Shown here in pieces: positions 1 through 13,163 of a DNA stretch of 64,000 nt. Both the position numbers and the translations under genes were made by a program. Source of the stretch: an uncultured Acidobacteriota bacterium (GTDB taxonomy: Bacteria; Acidobacteriota; UBA4820; DSQY01); assembly GCA_963724125.1 (NCBI GenBank), contig CAVRTJ010000003.1:1107-65106 (forward strand), written 5' to 3'. The notes beneath the pieces are model-generated. The model searched no databases. It saw only the letters and a program-made list of their open reading frames with translations, and had not been told where the DNA came from. Position 1 is the stretch's first letter, and every line of letters starts with the position of its first letter.

Positions 1-605
1 CCCTCAAGCCAGAGGACGTGGTGCGCGGCCAATACGCGGGCTATCGGAGGGAGCCTGGCGTGGCGAAGGACTCCGACATAGAGACCTTCTGCGCCCTGCG
101 GCTCTTTATCGACTCGTGGCGTTGGGAAGGGGTGCCGTGGTACCTCCGATCCGGCAAGTGCCTGGCCGATACGGTGGCCGAGGTCTTGGTCGAGCTGAAA
201 CCGCCGCCTCAAAGACTATTTGCCGATTCGACGCCGGCCATCGGCTTGGCAAACTACCTGCGCTTCAGGCTCTCCCCGAGCTCGGCCGTCGCCATCGCCG
301 CTCGCGTCAAGCGCGCGGGGAAGGAGTTCGTCGGCGAGCAGCGAGAGCTTTACCTGGCCGAAGAACAGCCGGGAGAGAAATCACCCTACGAAAGGCTCCT
401 GGGAGACGCCATGCGCGGAGATGGAGCACTCTTTACCCGCGAAGATTCGGTGGAAGCCGCGTGGGCGGCGGTCGATCCGGTCCTTAAGACCCACCAGCGG
501 GTCCACCCTTACAGGCGCGGCAGCTGGGGGCCGAAAGCGGCGGACACGCTGATCGCAAAAGATGGCGGCTGGCACAACCCCAAGCCTACGGAGGTGTCCC
601 GATGA
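1..605 (+). CDS. zwf: glucose-6-phosphate 1-dehydrogenase, C-terminal portion (5' end outside window)
   Basis: The frame of ORF 18..605 is open to the window edge. The translation (ETFCALRLFIDSWRWEGVPWYLRSGK, PYERLLGDAMRGDGALF, RGSWGP) is the conserved G6PD C-terminal domain. Confidence 0.85.
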   Translation, partial: LKPEDVVRGQYAGYRREPGVAKDSDIETFCALRLFIDSWRWEGVPWYLRSGKCLADTVAEVLVELKPPPQRLFADSTPAIGLANYLRFRLSPSSAVAIAARVKRAGKEFVGEQRELYLAEEQPGEKSPYERLLGDAMRGDGALFTREDSVEAAWAAVDPVLKTHQRVHPYRRGSWGPKAADTLIAKDGGWHNPKPTEVSR

Positions 606-654
606 CGCGGTCTGCCCCGTTTGCGGCCCGGCTCAGCGATACCGCAGGTGCCCA

Positions 655-2352
655 ATGAATGTCCCCAACGATATCCCCTCAAAGGTCAGCCCCCTGGCGG
701 GCAAGCCGGCCCCGCCGACAATCCTCGTCGACGTGCCAAGGCTCATCACGGCCTACTACACCGAGATGCCCGACGCCTCGGTACCCGAGCAGCGGGTGGC
801 CTTCGGTACCTCTGGGCACCGCGGCTCGGCCCTCGGCAGGTCCTTCAACGAAAGACATATCCTCGCCATCAGTCAGGCCATTTGCCTGTACCGCGAACGG
901 AAGAAGATCGACGGCCCGCTGTTTCTCGGCATGGACACGCACGCGCTGTCCGTGCCGGCTTCTGCCAGCGCGGTCGAGGTGTTTGCGGCCAACGGCGTGG
1001 ACCTCATGATCGCCGAGGGAGACGAATATACCCCGACTCCCGTGGTGTCTCATGCGATCCTCACTTACAACCGCGGGCGCAAGACGGGGTTCGCCGACGG
1101 CGTCGTGATCACGCCGTCGCACAATCCGCCGCACGACGGCGGGTTCAAATACAATTCTCCAAACGGCGGACCGGCGAAATCCGCCGTCACCGACTGGATC
1201 GAGACCAAGGCCAACGAGCTGCTGGAGAATGACCTTCGGGGCCTCAAGAGGATTCCCTTCGAGAGAGGGCTCCGCGCTCCTACGACGCACCGGCACGACT
1301 ATCTCAGTGCATACATCTCCGATCTCGCCAACGTGGTCGACATGGACGCCGTCCGCGCCGCGGATATCCGCATGGGTGTCGATCCGCTCGGCGGCGCCGG
1401 GGTTCACTACTGGGAACCCATTGCCGACCGCTACGGCTTGAACCTCACCGTGGTGAACAAGGCCGTCGATCCGACCTTTCGCTTCATGACGGTCGACTGG
1501 GACGGCCAGATCCGCATGGACCCGTCCTCCCCCTATGCCATGCAGAGCTTAATCGGCCTGAAGGATCGTTTTGACGTCGCCTTCGCCTGCGACACCGACC
1601 ACGACCGGCACGGAATCGTCACCCGAAGCACGGGCTTGCTTCCCCCCAACCATTACCTCGCCGTCGCCATCTCCTATCTCTTCCGGCACCGACCGGGGTG
1701 GAGCACCCATGCGGCGGTCGGGAAGACCGTGGTGAGCAGCCAGATGATCGATCGCGTCACCGCGAAGCTCGGGCGCAGGCTCTACGAGGTGCCCGTCGGC
1801 TTTAAGTGGTTCGTGGACGGCCTGCTCGACGGCTCGCTCGGCTTCGGCGGCGAAGAGAGCGCGGGGGCGTCCTTTGCCCGGCGGGATGGCAGCGTCTGGA
1901 CGACGGACAAGGACGGAATCATCCCCGCCTTGCTCGCAGCGGAGATAACGGCCCGGATGGACCGCGACACCGGCGAACTCTACCGCGACCTCACGGTCGA
2001 GTTCGGTGCGCCGGTGTACGACCGCGTTGAGGCGCCTGCCACTCCGGAACAAAAGAGACGGCTTGGGAAGCTCTCACCCGAGCAGGTCAAGCTATCCGAC
2101 CTGGCGGGCGAAAAAATCCAGGCGGTCCTCACCCGCGCGCCGGGCAACGGGGCACCCATCGGAGGGCTGAAGGTGATCGCCGAGAACGGATGGTTCGCGG
2201 CGCGCCCGTCGGGGACGGAAGACATCTACAAGATCTATGCGGAGAGCTTTCAGGGAGCCGATCATTTGCATCGTCTCCTGGAGGAGGCCCAGGCCATCGT
2301 CGATGAAGCATTGGCGGCCACGCCACGACCATCAGGGGAGGGACGAGGATGA
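655..2352 (+). CDS. pgm: phosphoglucomutase (alpha-D-glucose phosphate-specific)
   Basis: ORF 562..2352; the likely start is ATG 655 (MNVPNDIPSKVSPLAGKP). Motifs: TSGHRGS, phosphoserine loop TPSHNPPHDGGFKYN, GEESAG. The stop overlaps the next start (ATGA at 2349-2352). Confidence 0.9.
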   Translation: MNVPNDIPSKVSPLAGKPAPPTILVDVPRLITAYYTEMPDASVPEQRVAFGTSGHRGSALGRSFNERHILAISQAICLYRERKKIDGPLFLGMDTHALSVPASASAVEVFAANGVDLMIAEGDEYTPTPVVSHAILTYNRGRKTGFADGVVITPSHNPPHDGGFKYNSPNGGPAKSAVTDWIETKANELLENDLRGLKRIPFERGLRAPTTHRHDYLSAYISDLANVVDMDAVRAADIRMGVDPLGGAGVHYWEPIADRYGLNLTVVNKAVDPTFRFMTVDWDGQIRMDPSSPYAMQSLIGLKDRFDVAFACDTDHDRHGIVTRSTGLLPPNHYLAVAISYLFRHRPGWSTHAAVGKTVVSSQMIDRVTAKLGRRLYEVPVGFKWFVDGLLDGSLGFGGEESAGASFARRDGSVWTTDKDGIIPALLAAEITARMDRDTGELYRDLTVEFGAPVYDRVEAPATPEQKRRLGKLSPEQVKLSDLAGEKIQAVLTRAPGNGAPIGGLKVIAENGWFAARPSGTEDIYKIYAESFQGADHLHRLLEEAQAIVDEALAATPRPSGEGRG

Positions 2353-3185
2353 AGAGAGCGAACACGATCACCTGCATGTTTGTGGATATCGGCGGTGTCC
2401 TGCTCACCAACGGGTGGGATCATCTTGCCCGCAAGCGGGCGGCGATCCACTTCAAACTGGAGTGGACGGAGATGGAGGCCCGGCATCACCTGACCTTCGA
2501 CACCTACGAGGAGGGGAAGCTAACGCTCGACGAGTATCTGGGCCGTGTGGTCTTCTATCAGAAGCGACCGTTTACCCGAACCCAGTTCAGGAAATTCATG
2601 TTCGCGCAGTCAAAGCCCTACCCCGAAATGATCGAACTGGTCCACGCACTGAAAACAAAGTACGCCCTGAAGATCGCCGTGGTCAGCAACGAAGGGCGCG
2701 AACTGAATGCATACCGGATTCGCACCTTCAGGCTTGATGCGATCGCGGATTTCTTCGTTTCCTCCTGCTTTGTCCACCTCCGCAAGCCCGACGCGGACAT
2801 CTTTCGGCTTGCGCTGGACATAGCCCAGGTTCCCGCCGAAGAGATCGTCTATATCGAAAACACACACATGTTCGTCCAGGTCGCGGAGGGCTTGGGCATT
2901 CGGAGCATCCTTCACACGGATTGCGACTCCACGCGCGCGAAACTCGAATCCTGCGGGTTGCAGGCTAACGGGGGCATCTATGAATCAAGAAAAGGCTCCT
3001 CACAAGAATCTGTGCAAGAAATTCGGTTAAGCCGATGGCTAATCAAGAGAGAATTCAGAGGGTTGTGGATGCTGACGCCCCATGGAAAAGCCTGCGGCTT
3101 TCCCACCGGGCTTGGAGAACCCAGTTTGATGACCCGAGTGATGCCCTGGGTTCTCCACACCACCCACAACCGATGCTGCTACTGA
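2349..3185 (+). CDS. HAD-superfamily hydrolase (subfamily IA-like)
   Basis: Motifs: MFVDIGGVLLTNGW (motif I region), VVSNEG, HLRKPD, and IENT...LGI in the first ~200 aa. The last ~75 aa (from ~2960) run into lower-GC sequence and look like a non-native tail. Confidence 0.7.
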   Translation: MKRANTITCMFVDIGGVLLTNGWDHLARKRAAIHFKLEWTEMEARHHLTFDTYEEGKLTLDEYLGRVVFYQKRPFTRTQFRKFMFAQSKPYPEMIELVHALKTKYALKIAVVSNEGRELNAYRIRTFRLDAIADFFVSSCFVHLRKPDADIFRLALDIAQVPAEEIVYIENTHMFVQVAEGLGIRSILHTDCDSTRAKLESCGLQANGGIYESRKGSSQESVQEIRLSRWLIKREFRGLWMLTPHGKACGFPTGLGEPSLMTRVMPWVLHTTHNRCCY

Positions 3186-3361
3186 TTCATGCATGGTGCC
3201 TCCACTGGGATCATTGGCGAAGCGTAAGCACAGTGTTATCCGGTTGTTAGCCCCAGGTAGTGCCCTCATAGCGTGCACAGATTCTCAAGGGGAGCCCAAG
3301 AAAAAAACGAACGTGAGAAATATTGAAAACAAAGAACACAACGGCACAGGACGAGAAGAGC

Positions 3362-3545
3362 ATGGACAAGAACAGCTTCGTCGTGGCGATTTATCCAATT
3401 CGCACACGACCGCCGAAGCGGCGATCAAGGAGTTGGAGCGATCTGGCTTCGACATGAAAAAACTTTCGATTGTCGGACTCGACTATCACACGGACGAGCA
3501 TGTGGTCGGCTACTGCAACATCGGCGATCGGATGTGCGTCGCCAT
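3362..3545 (+). pseudogene. remnant of a YflT / general-stress-protein-17M-like domain gene (frame-shifted, truncated)
   Basis: ATG 3362 gives MDKNSFVVAIY in one frame. The sequence continues as HTTAEAAIKELERSGFDMKKLSIVGLDYHTDEHVVGY in the frame of ORF 3193..3669, then loses similarity. The family assignment is from memory of the motif pattern only. Confidence 0.3.
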
Positions 3546-3619
3546 CAACGTCCGTGGGCCTCACGGCTGGGCACCATCGCCCGCTGGTGCACGCGTCGAG
3601 GGCCTCAAACGGCGGATGA

Positions 3620-5023
3620 ATGGAGCCGCTCCTCATGAAAGGAGTGAGGCTGGTGAAGAATCGACCTGAGACGAACGGGAAGCGCTTTGTCTATCTTGCC
3701 GCCGCCACCACGGCGCTGGGCGGAATGCTGTTCGGCTATGACATCGGTGTCATCTCCGGAGCCATCCTGTTCATCAAGAAACAGTTCTCCCTTTCCTCGG
3801 GGATGGAGGGAATCGTCGTCAGCTCGGTCCTGTTGGGATGCGTTGCGGGCTCCTTGGTCGGAGGATTTCTGGCCGACCGTCTTGGACGTCGGAAATTGTT
3901 GCTGATTACCTCGGCAGTTTTCACTCTGGGCGCTATCGGGGCGGCTTTGGCACCAACCGTTGGATGGCTGGTGGCCGCCCGGGTCGTTGTCGGAGTCGCC
4001 ATAGGTATCGCTTCGTTTGTGTCGCCGCTTTACATTTCCGAAATCGCCCCGGTCGATATCCGCGGAAAACTCGTTTCGCTTAACCAACTCGCGATCACCA
4101 GCGGCATCGTCCTCTCCTACCTCGTTGACTACAGCTTTGCCGGATCTGAAGGATGGCGCTGGATGTTCGCGCTGGCGGTTGTTCCGGCCGGCGCCTTTGG
4201 AATCGGACTGATGCTCATTCCCAACAGCCCGCGATGGCTCGTCGGTCGCGAACGCATGGATCAAGCCCGGGCCGTGCTGAAACGGATGCGAGCCCCGGAA
4301 ACAGTCGAAGGCGAGCTCAGCGCCATACAGCAAAGCGCGGCGCAGCAAGAGGAACACTGGTCCGCACTGCTCAGTCCACACCTTCGCGTGGCGATGATCG
4401 TGGGTGTTGGACTGGCGATCGCACAGCAGATCACCGGCATCAACACGATCGTCTATTACGGCCCGACCATCTTCAAGCTTGCCGGAATGTCCTCGTCATC
4501 GGTGGCGATTCTTGCCAGCGTCGGCGTCGGACTTATCAACGTCGTAATGACCGTCGTATCCCTGCAGCTGATCGATCGGATCGGGCGGCGGCCGCTCCTG
4601 TTGATCAGCCTGGCGGGAATGACGCTGAGCCTTGTCGTGCTGGGGCTGGCCTTTTCGCTTCCACAATTGACCGGCAGCCTGGGGATGATTGCGCTGATCG
4701 TCGTTATGACCTACGTCGGATCGTTCGCGGTGGGGATGGGGCCGGTCTTCTGGCTGTTGATTTCGGAAATGTATCCGTTGCGCATCCGAGGCCGGGCCAT
4801 GAGCATTGCAACGGTCGCCAATTGGGGCGCCAATCTGATCGTGGCCCTGTCGTTTTTGACGCTCATGGAAGTCCTCGGCAAGGCCGCCACCTTCTGGTTG
4901 TACGGGGCCATTGGCATCGGCACGTGGACTTTTTCCTTTTTCCTGGTGCCGGAAACCAAGGGAAAAAGTCTCGAACAGATTGAAGCGCACTGGCGGTCGG
5001 AAGAGCAGCCACGGGCATTGTGA
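3620..5023 (+). CDS. MFS transporter, sugar porter family
   Basis: 467-aa ORF with about 12 hydrophobic segments. Sugar-porter signatures: GGMLFGYDIGVISGA, DRLGRRKLLL, PNSPRWL, PETKGKSLEQIE. An alternative start is ATG 3635 (MKGVRLVKN). Confidence 0.85.
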   Translation: MEPLLMKGVRLVKNRPETNGKRFVYLAAATTALGGMLFGYDIGVISGAILFIKKQFSLSSGMEGIVVSSVLLGCVAGSLVGGFLADRLGRRKLLLITSAVFTLGAIGAALAPTVGWLVAARVVVGVAIGIASFVSPLYISEIAPVDIRGKLVSLNQLAITSGIVLSYLVDYSFAGSEGWRWMFALAVVPAGAFGIGLMLIPNSPRWLVGRERMDQARAVLKRMRAPETVEGELSAIQQSAAQQEEHWSALLSPHLRVAMIVGVGLAIAQQITGINTIVYYGPTIFKLAGMSSSSVAILASVGVGLINVVMTVVSLQLIDRIGRRPLLLISLAGMTLSLVVLGLAFSLPQLTGSLGMIALIVVMTYVGSFAVGMGPVFWLLISEMYPLRIRGRAMSIATVANWGANLIVALSFLTLMEVLGKAATFWLYGAIGIGTWTFSFFLVPETKGKSLEQIEAHWRSEEQPRAL

Positions 5024-5054
5024 ATTGCCGATAGACCTGTACTGAGGTGCCACG

Positions 5055-6292
5055 ATGAAACCAAACAAGCCGCGCATCCTGACTCTCAACGGGGGCTCGT
5101 CGAGCATCAAGTTCGCGGTGTTCGAGGCCGGAGACCCGCTCCGCCTGGTTCTGGAGGGAGCGATCGAAAGCATTGGAGGGAACCGAGGCCACCTTTCGCG
5201 CGAAGGGCTCGAAGCCGGAGGATACCTTTTCGCGTCCACTGGCGGCGCACGGATCACGCGGCGGCGGTGGGCGCTCTCATGGATTGGATCGAGGACTTCG
5301 CCGCGAACACGACGCATTGGCCGCGGTGGGGCATCGCGTGGTTCAAGGCGGACCGAAGTACAGCGACCCGGAGCGAATCACTGCCGGAGATGATCGAGGA
5401 ACTGCGACGGCTCAGCCCCTTCGATCCCGAGCACTTGCCCGAAGAGATCCTCTTGACCGAGGCGTTCCATCGCCGTTTTCCCGATCTGCCCCAGGTCGCG
5501 TGTTTCGACACGGCGTTTCACCAGGACCTTCCGCGCGTGGCCCGGCTGCTGCCGATCCCGCGCCGCTATGAAGCTCAGGGTGTGCTCCGATACGGGTTCC
5601 ACGGGTTGTCCTACGCGTTTCTCATGGGAGAGCTGGCCCGCCTGGCCGGCGCGGAAGCGGCACGGGGCCGGGTCATCCTCGCCCACCTCGGCAGCGGCGC
5701 TAGCCTGGCAGCAGTGCGAGGCGGCAAGTCCATCGACACGAGCATGGGATTCACGCCGACATCCGGGATGATGATGAGCACCCGCTCCGGCGATCTGGAT
5801 CCGGGACTGGTCGGGTACCTGGCGCGCACCGAAGCCATGAGCGCCAAGCAGTTCAACGAGATGGCGAACCTCCGGTCCGGGCTGCTCGGCGTGTCGGAGA
5901 CCAGTTCGGACATGCGTGACCTTGTCGACCGGGAAACGAACGACGTGCGGGCGGCCGAGGCGGTCGCGCTCTTCTGCTACCAGGTCAAGAAGTGGATCGG
6001 CGCCTTCGCGGCGGCGCTGGGCGGACTGGACACGCTGGTGTTCGCGGGCGGCGTCGGGGAGAACGCACCCACGGTCCGCGCCCGCATCTGCGACGGTCTG
6101 GGATTCCTTGGTATAGAACTCGAAGAGGAGCGAAACGCCGCGAATGAGGGCGTGATCTCCGCACGGGCTAGTCGGGTCCCGGTGCGCGTCATTCCCACGG
6201 ACGAGGAGCGCGTGATCGCCGAGACGGTGTGTCGCGTTCTCGGCCTTGGCGTAACCCGAGAAGGAAGAAATTTCGGCCACGCGACAAAGTAA
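5055..6292 (+). pseudogene. ackA: acetate kinase, reading frame interrupted at least 3 times between ~5180 and ~5385
   Basis: ILTLNGGSSSIKFAVFE lies in the frame of ORF 5055. DHAAAVGALMDWIEDFAANTT (5252-5318) lies in a second frame and LAAVGHRVVQGGPKYSDPERIT (5317-5382) in a third. The remainder, from PEMIEELRRLSPFDPEHLP (5384) through ACFDTAFH and RYGFHGLSY to stop 6292, is in the frame of ORF 5267. Confidence 0.8.
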
Positions 6293-6366
6293 TCCTCGAA
6301 CACGGTGCCAATAGGGCAACCGCGGCAGGCAGGGAGCGAAACTCAAAGAACGAAAGGAGTTCCACC

Positions 6367-7111
6367 ATGTTGATCAAATCCGTAGCGCTGATGGGTTACA
6401 AGCTCCACAGCCTCGACGGGGAAATGGGGAAGGTCAAGGACTTCTACTTCGATGACCGCCACTGGGCGATTCGCTATCTGGTCGTCGACACGGGGCAGTG
6501 GATCTCGTTCAGGCAGGTGCTGATCTCCCCGTATGCGCTTCTCGCCGTGAATAGCAAGGCGCAGAGCATCGCCATCGATTTGACCAGAAAACAGATCGAG
6601 GACAGCCCGTCCCTGGACAGTGACAAGCCCGTCTCACGACAGTTCGAGGAGGCTTACCACGATCATTTCGGATGGCCCAACTATTGGAGCGGCCCCTACA
6701 TGTGGGGGTACTATCCTTACCCCATGCGCGAGCTTGACAAAGTTGACAGCGCCTACCCATGCAGAGAAGGCGTGGGATGCCCACTTGCGAAGCACGCACG
6801 ATGTCGCTGGCCATGACATTCAGGCCTCGGACGGCGAGATCGGTCACGTCAAGGACTTCATCATCGATGACGAGACGTGGGCGATCCGATATCTGGTCGT
6901 CGATACGGGGAAGTGGTGGCCGGGGAAGAAGGTCCTCCTGTCCCCGAGATGGATCGAGCGCGTCGGTTGGGGCGAGTCGAAGGTCTTCGTCAATCTTGCC
7001 CGTGAGGCTATCAGGCAGTCTCCGGAATACACCGACGAGACCACGCCGTCTCGGGATTACGAGGCGAAACTGCATCGCCACTATAAGGCCGACGGATATT
7101 GGAGCGCTTGA
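6367..7111 (+). pseudogene. double PRC-barrel domain protein, one frame change near 6755-6765
   Basis: RBS AAAGGAG precedes ATG 6367. The first PRC barrel (GEMGKVKDFYFDDRHWAIRYLVVDTG) is in ORF 6229..6816. The second (GEIGHVKDFIIDDETWAIRYLVVDTGKWWPGKKVL) is in ORF 6620..7111. The junction is ...YPMRELDKVDSAY / HAEKAWDAHLRST. Confidence 0.7.
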
Positions 7112-7135
7112 ACGGCTGCGCTGGAGGATCGAACT

Positions 7136-9517
7136 GTGAAGACTAGAACGCTTTCCCCTGAACTTCTGAAAAGGATGGACGCCTACTGGCGCGCCGCCAA
7201 CTATCTCTCGGTAGGCCAGATCTATCTCTACGACAACCCGCTTCTAAAGCGGCCTCTGGCGCTCTCGGACGTGAAGCACATGCTTCTGGGACACTGGGGC
7301 ACGACTCCCGGGCAGAACTTCATCTACGTGCACCTGAACCGGATCATCAAGAAGTACGACCTCGACATGATTTACGTCTCCGGCCCAGGGCACGGCGGGC
7401 CGGCGGTCGTGGGCAACACCTACCTCGAGGGCACATACAGCGAGATCTATCCGAACATCAGCCAGGACGAGGCCGGGCTCCGGAAGCTCTTTCTTCAGTT
7501 TTCGTTTCCCGGAGGCATCCCAAGCCACGCCTCGCCGGAGTGCCCGGGCTCCATCCACGAGGGCGGCGAACTGGGCTATTCGCTCAGCCATTCCTTCGGA
7601 GCGGTCTTCGACAACCCCGACCTCATCGTCGCCTGCTGTGTGGGCGACGGCGAGGCTGAGACCGGGCCGCTGGCCACATCGTGGCAGTCCAACAAGTTTC
7701 TCGATCCCGCCACGGACGGCGCCGTGCTGCCGATCTTGCATCTAAACGGCTACAAGATCGCCAACCCGACCGTGCCCGCCCGCATCACCCACGAGGAATT
7801 GGAGCAGTTTTTTCGGGGCTGCGGGTGGACCCCCATCTTCGTGGAGGGTCACGAGCCGGAGCCGATGCACCAGGCTATGGCCTCGGCGCTCGACATGGCG
7901 GTGGGGGAAATCAAGCAGATCCAGCACGACGCGCGCGGCAGATCCAATCCAGGGACTGACCTCGCCCGTCCGCGCTGGCCCATGATCGTCCTCAAGTCGC
8001 CCAAGGGCTGGACGGGGCCGAAGTGGTTGGATGGCCTGCAGATTGAGGGCACCTTCCGCGCCCACCAGGTCCCGATCGCCGTGGATGCCACCCATCCCGA
8101 ACACCTCAAGCTTCTGGAAGAATGGCTCCGAAGCTACCAAACCGAGGAACTCTTCGACGAGCAGGGCCGCCTGAAGCCGGAGTTGGCCGAATTGGCGCCC
8201 AAGGGCCAGCGACGCATGGGCGCTAATCCCCACGCCAACGGAGGATTGCTGCTGCGCGATTTGGCTATGCCCGACTTTCGGAAGTACGCGGTCGAGGTAC
8301 CGTCACCCGGGTCGGTTCAGGCCGCCGACACGCACGAACTCGGAGTGTTTCTGCGCGATGTGATCAAGCTCAACCAGGAGCAGCGCAATTTCCGGATCTT
8401 CGGCCCCGATGAGACCCTGTCCAACCGGTTGAACGCGGTGTTCGAGGCGACCGACCGGCAGTGGGACGCGCGGACGAAGGACAACGACGAGTTTCTCGCC
8501 CCGGAAGGCCGCGTCATGGAGATGCTGAGCGAACACCAGTGCGAGGGCTGGCTCGAGGGATACCTGCTCACCGGCCGGCACGGGCTGTTCAATTGCTACG
8601 AGGCGTTCATCCACATCATCGACTCAATGTTCAACCAGCACGCCAAGTGGCTCAAAGTCACGGCCGATCTGCCGTGGCGGAGGAAGATCGCGTCGCTGAA
8701 TTATCTCCTCGCATCCCACGTCTGGCAGCAGATGCATAACGGCTTCACCCACCAGGACCCCGGCTTCATCGACCACGTGGTCAACAAGAAGGCCTCCGTC
8801 GTGCGCGTCTATCTTCCGCCGGACGCCAACTGTCTGCTCTCGGTCTGGGACCACTGCCTGAGGAGCCGCCACTACGTCAACGTCGTGATCGCCGGCAAGT
8901 ACCAAGCGCCGCAGTGGCTGACCATGGACGCCGCCGTGAAGCACTGCACCGAAGGCATCGGCGTCTGGCCGTGGGCGAGCAGTGACCAGGGCGCGGCGCC
9001 CGACGTGGTCATGGCCTGCTGCGGCGACGTGCCGACGAGGGAGACCCTCGCCGCCGTCTCCATCATGCGCGAGCATCTGCCCGACCTGAAGGTCCGGGTC
9101 GTCAACGTCGTCGACCTCATGAAGCTGGAGCCCCAATCCGAGCACCCGCACGGGCTCTCCGATGTGGATTTCGACAATCTGTTCACCAAAGACAAACCTG
9201 TCATCTTCGCCTTCCACGGGTACCCGTGGTTGATCCACCGGCTGACCTACCGCCGTACCAACCACGACAATATCCACGTCCGCGGCTACAAGGAGGAAGG
9301 CACCATCACCACGCCCTTCGACATGACGGTGCTCAACGATCTGGACCGCTTCCACCTCGTGATGGACACCATCGACCGCCTGCCGCAGACAGGCGATAGG
9401 GGCGTAGCCCTGAAACGGCGGCTCGAAGACAAGCTGGTCGAACACAAGGCGTACATCGACAAGAACGGCCAGGACATGCCCGAAATCAGGAACTGGAAAT
9501 GGGGCGCCCGACAATGA
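7136..9517 (+). CDS. xfp: xylulose-5-phosphate/fructose-6-phosphate phosphoketolase
   Basis: 793-aa intact ORF (GTG start). Contains [45 protein letters not shown] and GDGEAETGP, typical of XFP. Confidence 0.95.
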   Translation: MKTRTLSPELLKRMDAYWRAANYLSVGQIYLYDNPLLKRPLALSDVKHMLLGHWGTTPGQNFIYVHLNRIIKKYDLDMIYVSGPGHGGPAVVGNTYLEGTYSEIYPNISQDEAGLRKLFLQFSFPGGIPSHASPECPGSIHEGGELGYSLSHSFGAVFDNPDLIVACCVGDGEAETGPLATSWQSNKFLDPATDGAVLPILHLNGYKIANPTVPARITHEELEQFFRGCGWTPIFVEGHEPEPMHQAMASALDMAVGEIKQIQHDARGRSNPGTDLARPRWPMIVLKSPKGWTGPKWLDGLQIEGTFRAHQVPIAVDATHPEHLKLLEEWLRSYQTEELFDEQGRLKPELAELAPKGQRRMGANPHANGGLLLRDLAMPDFRKYAVEVPSPGSVQAADTHELGVFLRDVIKLNQEQRNFRIFGPDETLSNRLNAVFEATDRQWDARTKDNDEFLAPEGRVMEMLSEHQCEGWLEGYLLTGRHGLFNCYEAFIHIIDSMFNQHAKWLKVTADLPWRRKIASLNYLLASHVWQQMHNGFTHQDPGFIDHVVNKKASVVRVYLPPDANCLLSVWDHCLRSRHYVNVVIAGKYQAPQWLTMDAAVKHCTEGIGVWPWASSDQGAAPDVVMACCGDVPTRETLAAVSIMREHLPDLKVRVVNVVDLMKLEPQSEHPHGLSDVDFDNLFTKDKPVIFAFHGYPWLIHRLTYRRTNHDNIHVRGYKEEGTITTPFDMTVLNDLDRFHLVMDTIDRLPQTGDRGVALKRRLEDKLVEHKAYIDKNGQDMPEIRNWKWGARQ

Positions 9518-10539
9518 ACGCGCAAGAGCTGATGGATACCGCGAGGGCGATGGTCGCGGGCGACAAGGGCCTGCTGGCGATAGATGAGAGCAACCCCACC
9601 TGCAACAAGCGGTTCACCGCCCTGGGGATCGCCCAGACCGAAGCGGCCCGACGAGCCTACCGGGAGCTGATCGTGACTGCGCCCGGCCTCGGCGAGTCCA
9701 TCAGCGGTGCGATCCTCTGCGACGAGACGATCCACCAACAGAAGGAGGACGGCACCCCCTTCATCGAAGTGCTCACCGGTGCGGGAGTAATTCCCGGCAT
9801 CAAAGTGGACGCGGGCGCCAAGGATATGGCGGGGCATCCGGGAGAGAAGATCACCGAAGGTCTCGACGGATTGCGCGAACGCCTGTCCGTGTACTGCAGA
9901 CTGGGCGCGCGTTTCGCCAAGTGGCGCGCGGTGATCGCCCTGGATGATGTCATCCCCACCCGGGGGTGCGTGGAGGCCAATGCGAACGCATTGGCCCGCT
10001 ATGCTGCGCTGTGCCAGGAGGCTGGACTCGTCCCCGTCGTCGAACCGGAAGTGCTCATGGACGGCGGCCATACCCTGGGACGGTGCCGCGAGGTGACGGA
10101 GGAGGTCCTGCGAACGGTTTTCGACCAGCTCTGCACGCAGCGCGTGATGCTGGAGGGCATGATTCTGAAGCCCAACATGGTGCTACCCGGATTGGACTGC
10201 CCACAGCAGGAAGAAGTGGACGAAGTGGTTGACGCCACGGTGGGCGGCCTCCTTCGAACCGTCCCCGCCGACGTTCCGGGAATCGCATTCCTGTCTGGGG
10301 GCCAATCCCCCGAGCTGGCTTCGGTCCGGTTGAACGCCATGAATGCCGGGTTCAAGTCGCGAGTGCCGTGGGCGCTGGCGTTTTCCTTTGCCCGCGCGAT
10401 CCAGCAGCCGGCCCTGGAGATCTGGAAAGGCGAAAAGGACAACGTACCGGCGGCACAGGAAGCCCTGCTTCATCGGGCCCGGTGCAATCGGGCCGCGCGC
10501 CGTGGCGACTACGTCGCCGCCACAGAATCGGCACGGTAA
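9514..10539 (+). CDS. fba: fructose-bisphosphate aldolase, class I
   Basis: ATG 9514 overlaps the xfp stop (ATGA). Contains [36 protein letters not shown] and FLSGGQS, the class I FBA pattern. Confidence 0.9.
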   Translation: MNAQELMDTARAMVAGDKGLLAIDESNPTCNKRFTALGIAQTEAARRAYRELIVTAPGLGESISGAILCDETIHQQKEDGTPFIEVLTGAGVIPGIKVDAGAKDMAGHPGEKITEGLDGLRERLSVYCRLGARFAKWRAVIALDDVIPTRGCVEANANALARYAALCQEAGLVPVVEPEVLMDGGHTLGRCREVTEEVLRTVFDQLCTQRVMLEGMILKPNMVLPGLDCPQQEEVDEVVDATVGGLLRTVPADVPGIAFLSGGQSPELASVRLNAMNAGFKSRVPWALAFSFARAIQQPALEIWKGEKDNVPAAQEALLHRARCNRAARRGDYVAATESAR

Positions 10540-10603
10540 GGAGAGCGCGCCGCGTGGCGAATCACCTCGCAAGGATTGGGTGAACACCCACTGGAGGCCA
10601 GAC

Positions 10604-11388
10604 ATGCGAAAGAAATCCGTGGTCGGCAACTGGAAAATGTATACCACTGCCAAAGAGGCCGGACGGCTGGCCAAGGCGGTCGTGGAAGGCGTGGGCAACG
10701 ACGACCGCATATCCGTCACGCTCTGCCCGCCCTTTCCATATCTGGCCCTCGTCGGGAAGATTCTCAGGGGCAGCCGCGTCGCGCTCGGAGCGCAGAACCT
10801 CTATCCCGAAAAGGAAGGCGCGTTCACCGGCGAGGTCAGCCCGACCATGCTCCTCGATGTCGGCTGCAAGGTCGTCATAATCGGGCACAGCGAACGCCGG
10901 CATACGCAGGGTGAATCCAATGCGTTCATCAACCAGAAGGTTCTGGCTGCCCTGACCGCCGGCCTCGACGTAATCCTGTGCATCGGCGAGACCCTTAACC
11001 AGCGCAAGGCGAATCGGACCTATTCGGTGCTCGACCGGCAACTCATCCAGGGGCTGGCCGACCTGCCGGAGGACACCCTGCCCCGTCTGACCATCGCCTA
11101 CGAACCGGTCTGGGCGATCGGTGACAAAGGACACCGGGCCATCCCCCGGCAGGTCCAGGAGACACACGAACTCATTCGGGTCTCCATTGGCAAGCTGTTC
11201 GGGGAGAAGTCGGCCCTTGCGCTCGGCGTGCTTTACGGAGGAAGCGTCAAGCCCGCTAGTGCGGACGCGCTGCTCCATCGTCCCGGCGTGGACGGCGCCC
11301 TCATCGGCGGTGCCAGCCTGAAGGCCGACCAATTTCTCGCCATCGCCCGGGCTGGGATCTGCGAGCCGAAAACCAAGAAAGTTTCACC

Positions 11389-11392
<4 letters not shown>
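10604..11392 (+). CDS. tpiA: triose-phosphate isomerase
   Basis: [37 protein letters not shown]. The upstream part of ORF 10343..11392 is treated as non-coding. Confidence 0.9.
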
Positions 11393-13035
<1,643 letters not shown>

Positions 13036-13163
13036 AACCCGTTCCCCGCTGGCGCGTTCAATCGGGAGGTCTACGAGAAGTTGCTGACCGACATCGACTC
13101 CCTGCCTGCAGCGGCTCGAATCGGGCGGGGTTCATTTGGGGTTATGCTCTGGGTTGGTTCCTC

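Noticed and set aside
8624-9514. 296-aa minus-strand ORF inside xfp, and similar antisense ORFs inside pgi (11977..13026), PBP1A (15189..16130), the tricorn-like gene (23101..24426), and elsewhere.
   Set aside because: All are antisense shadows of strongly supported genes, and none carries motifs of its own.
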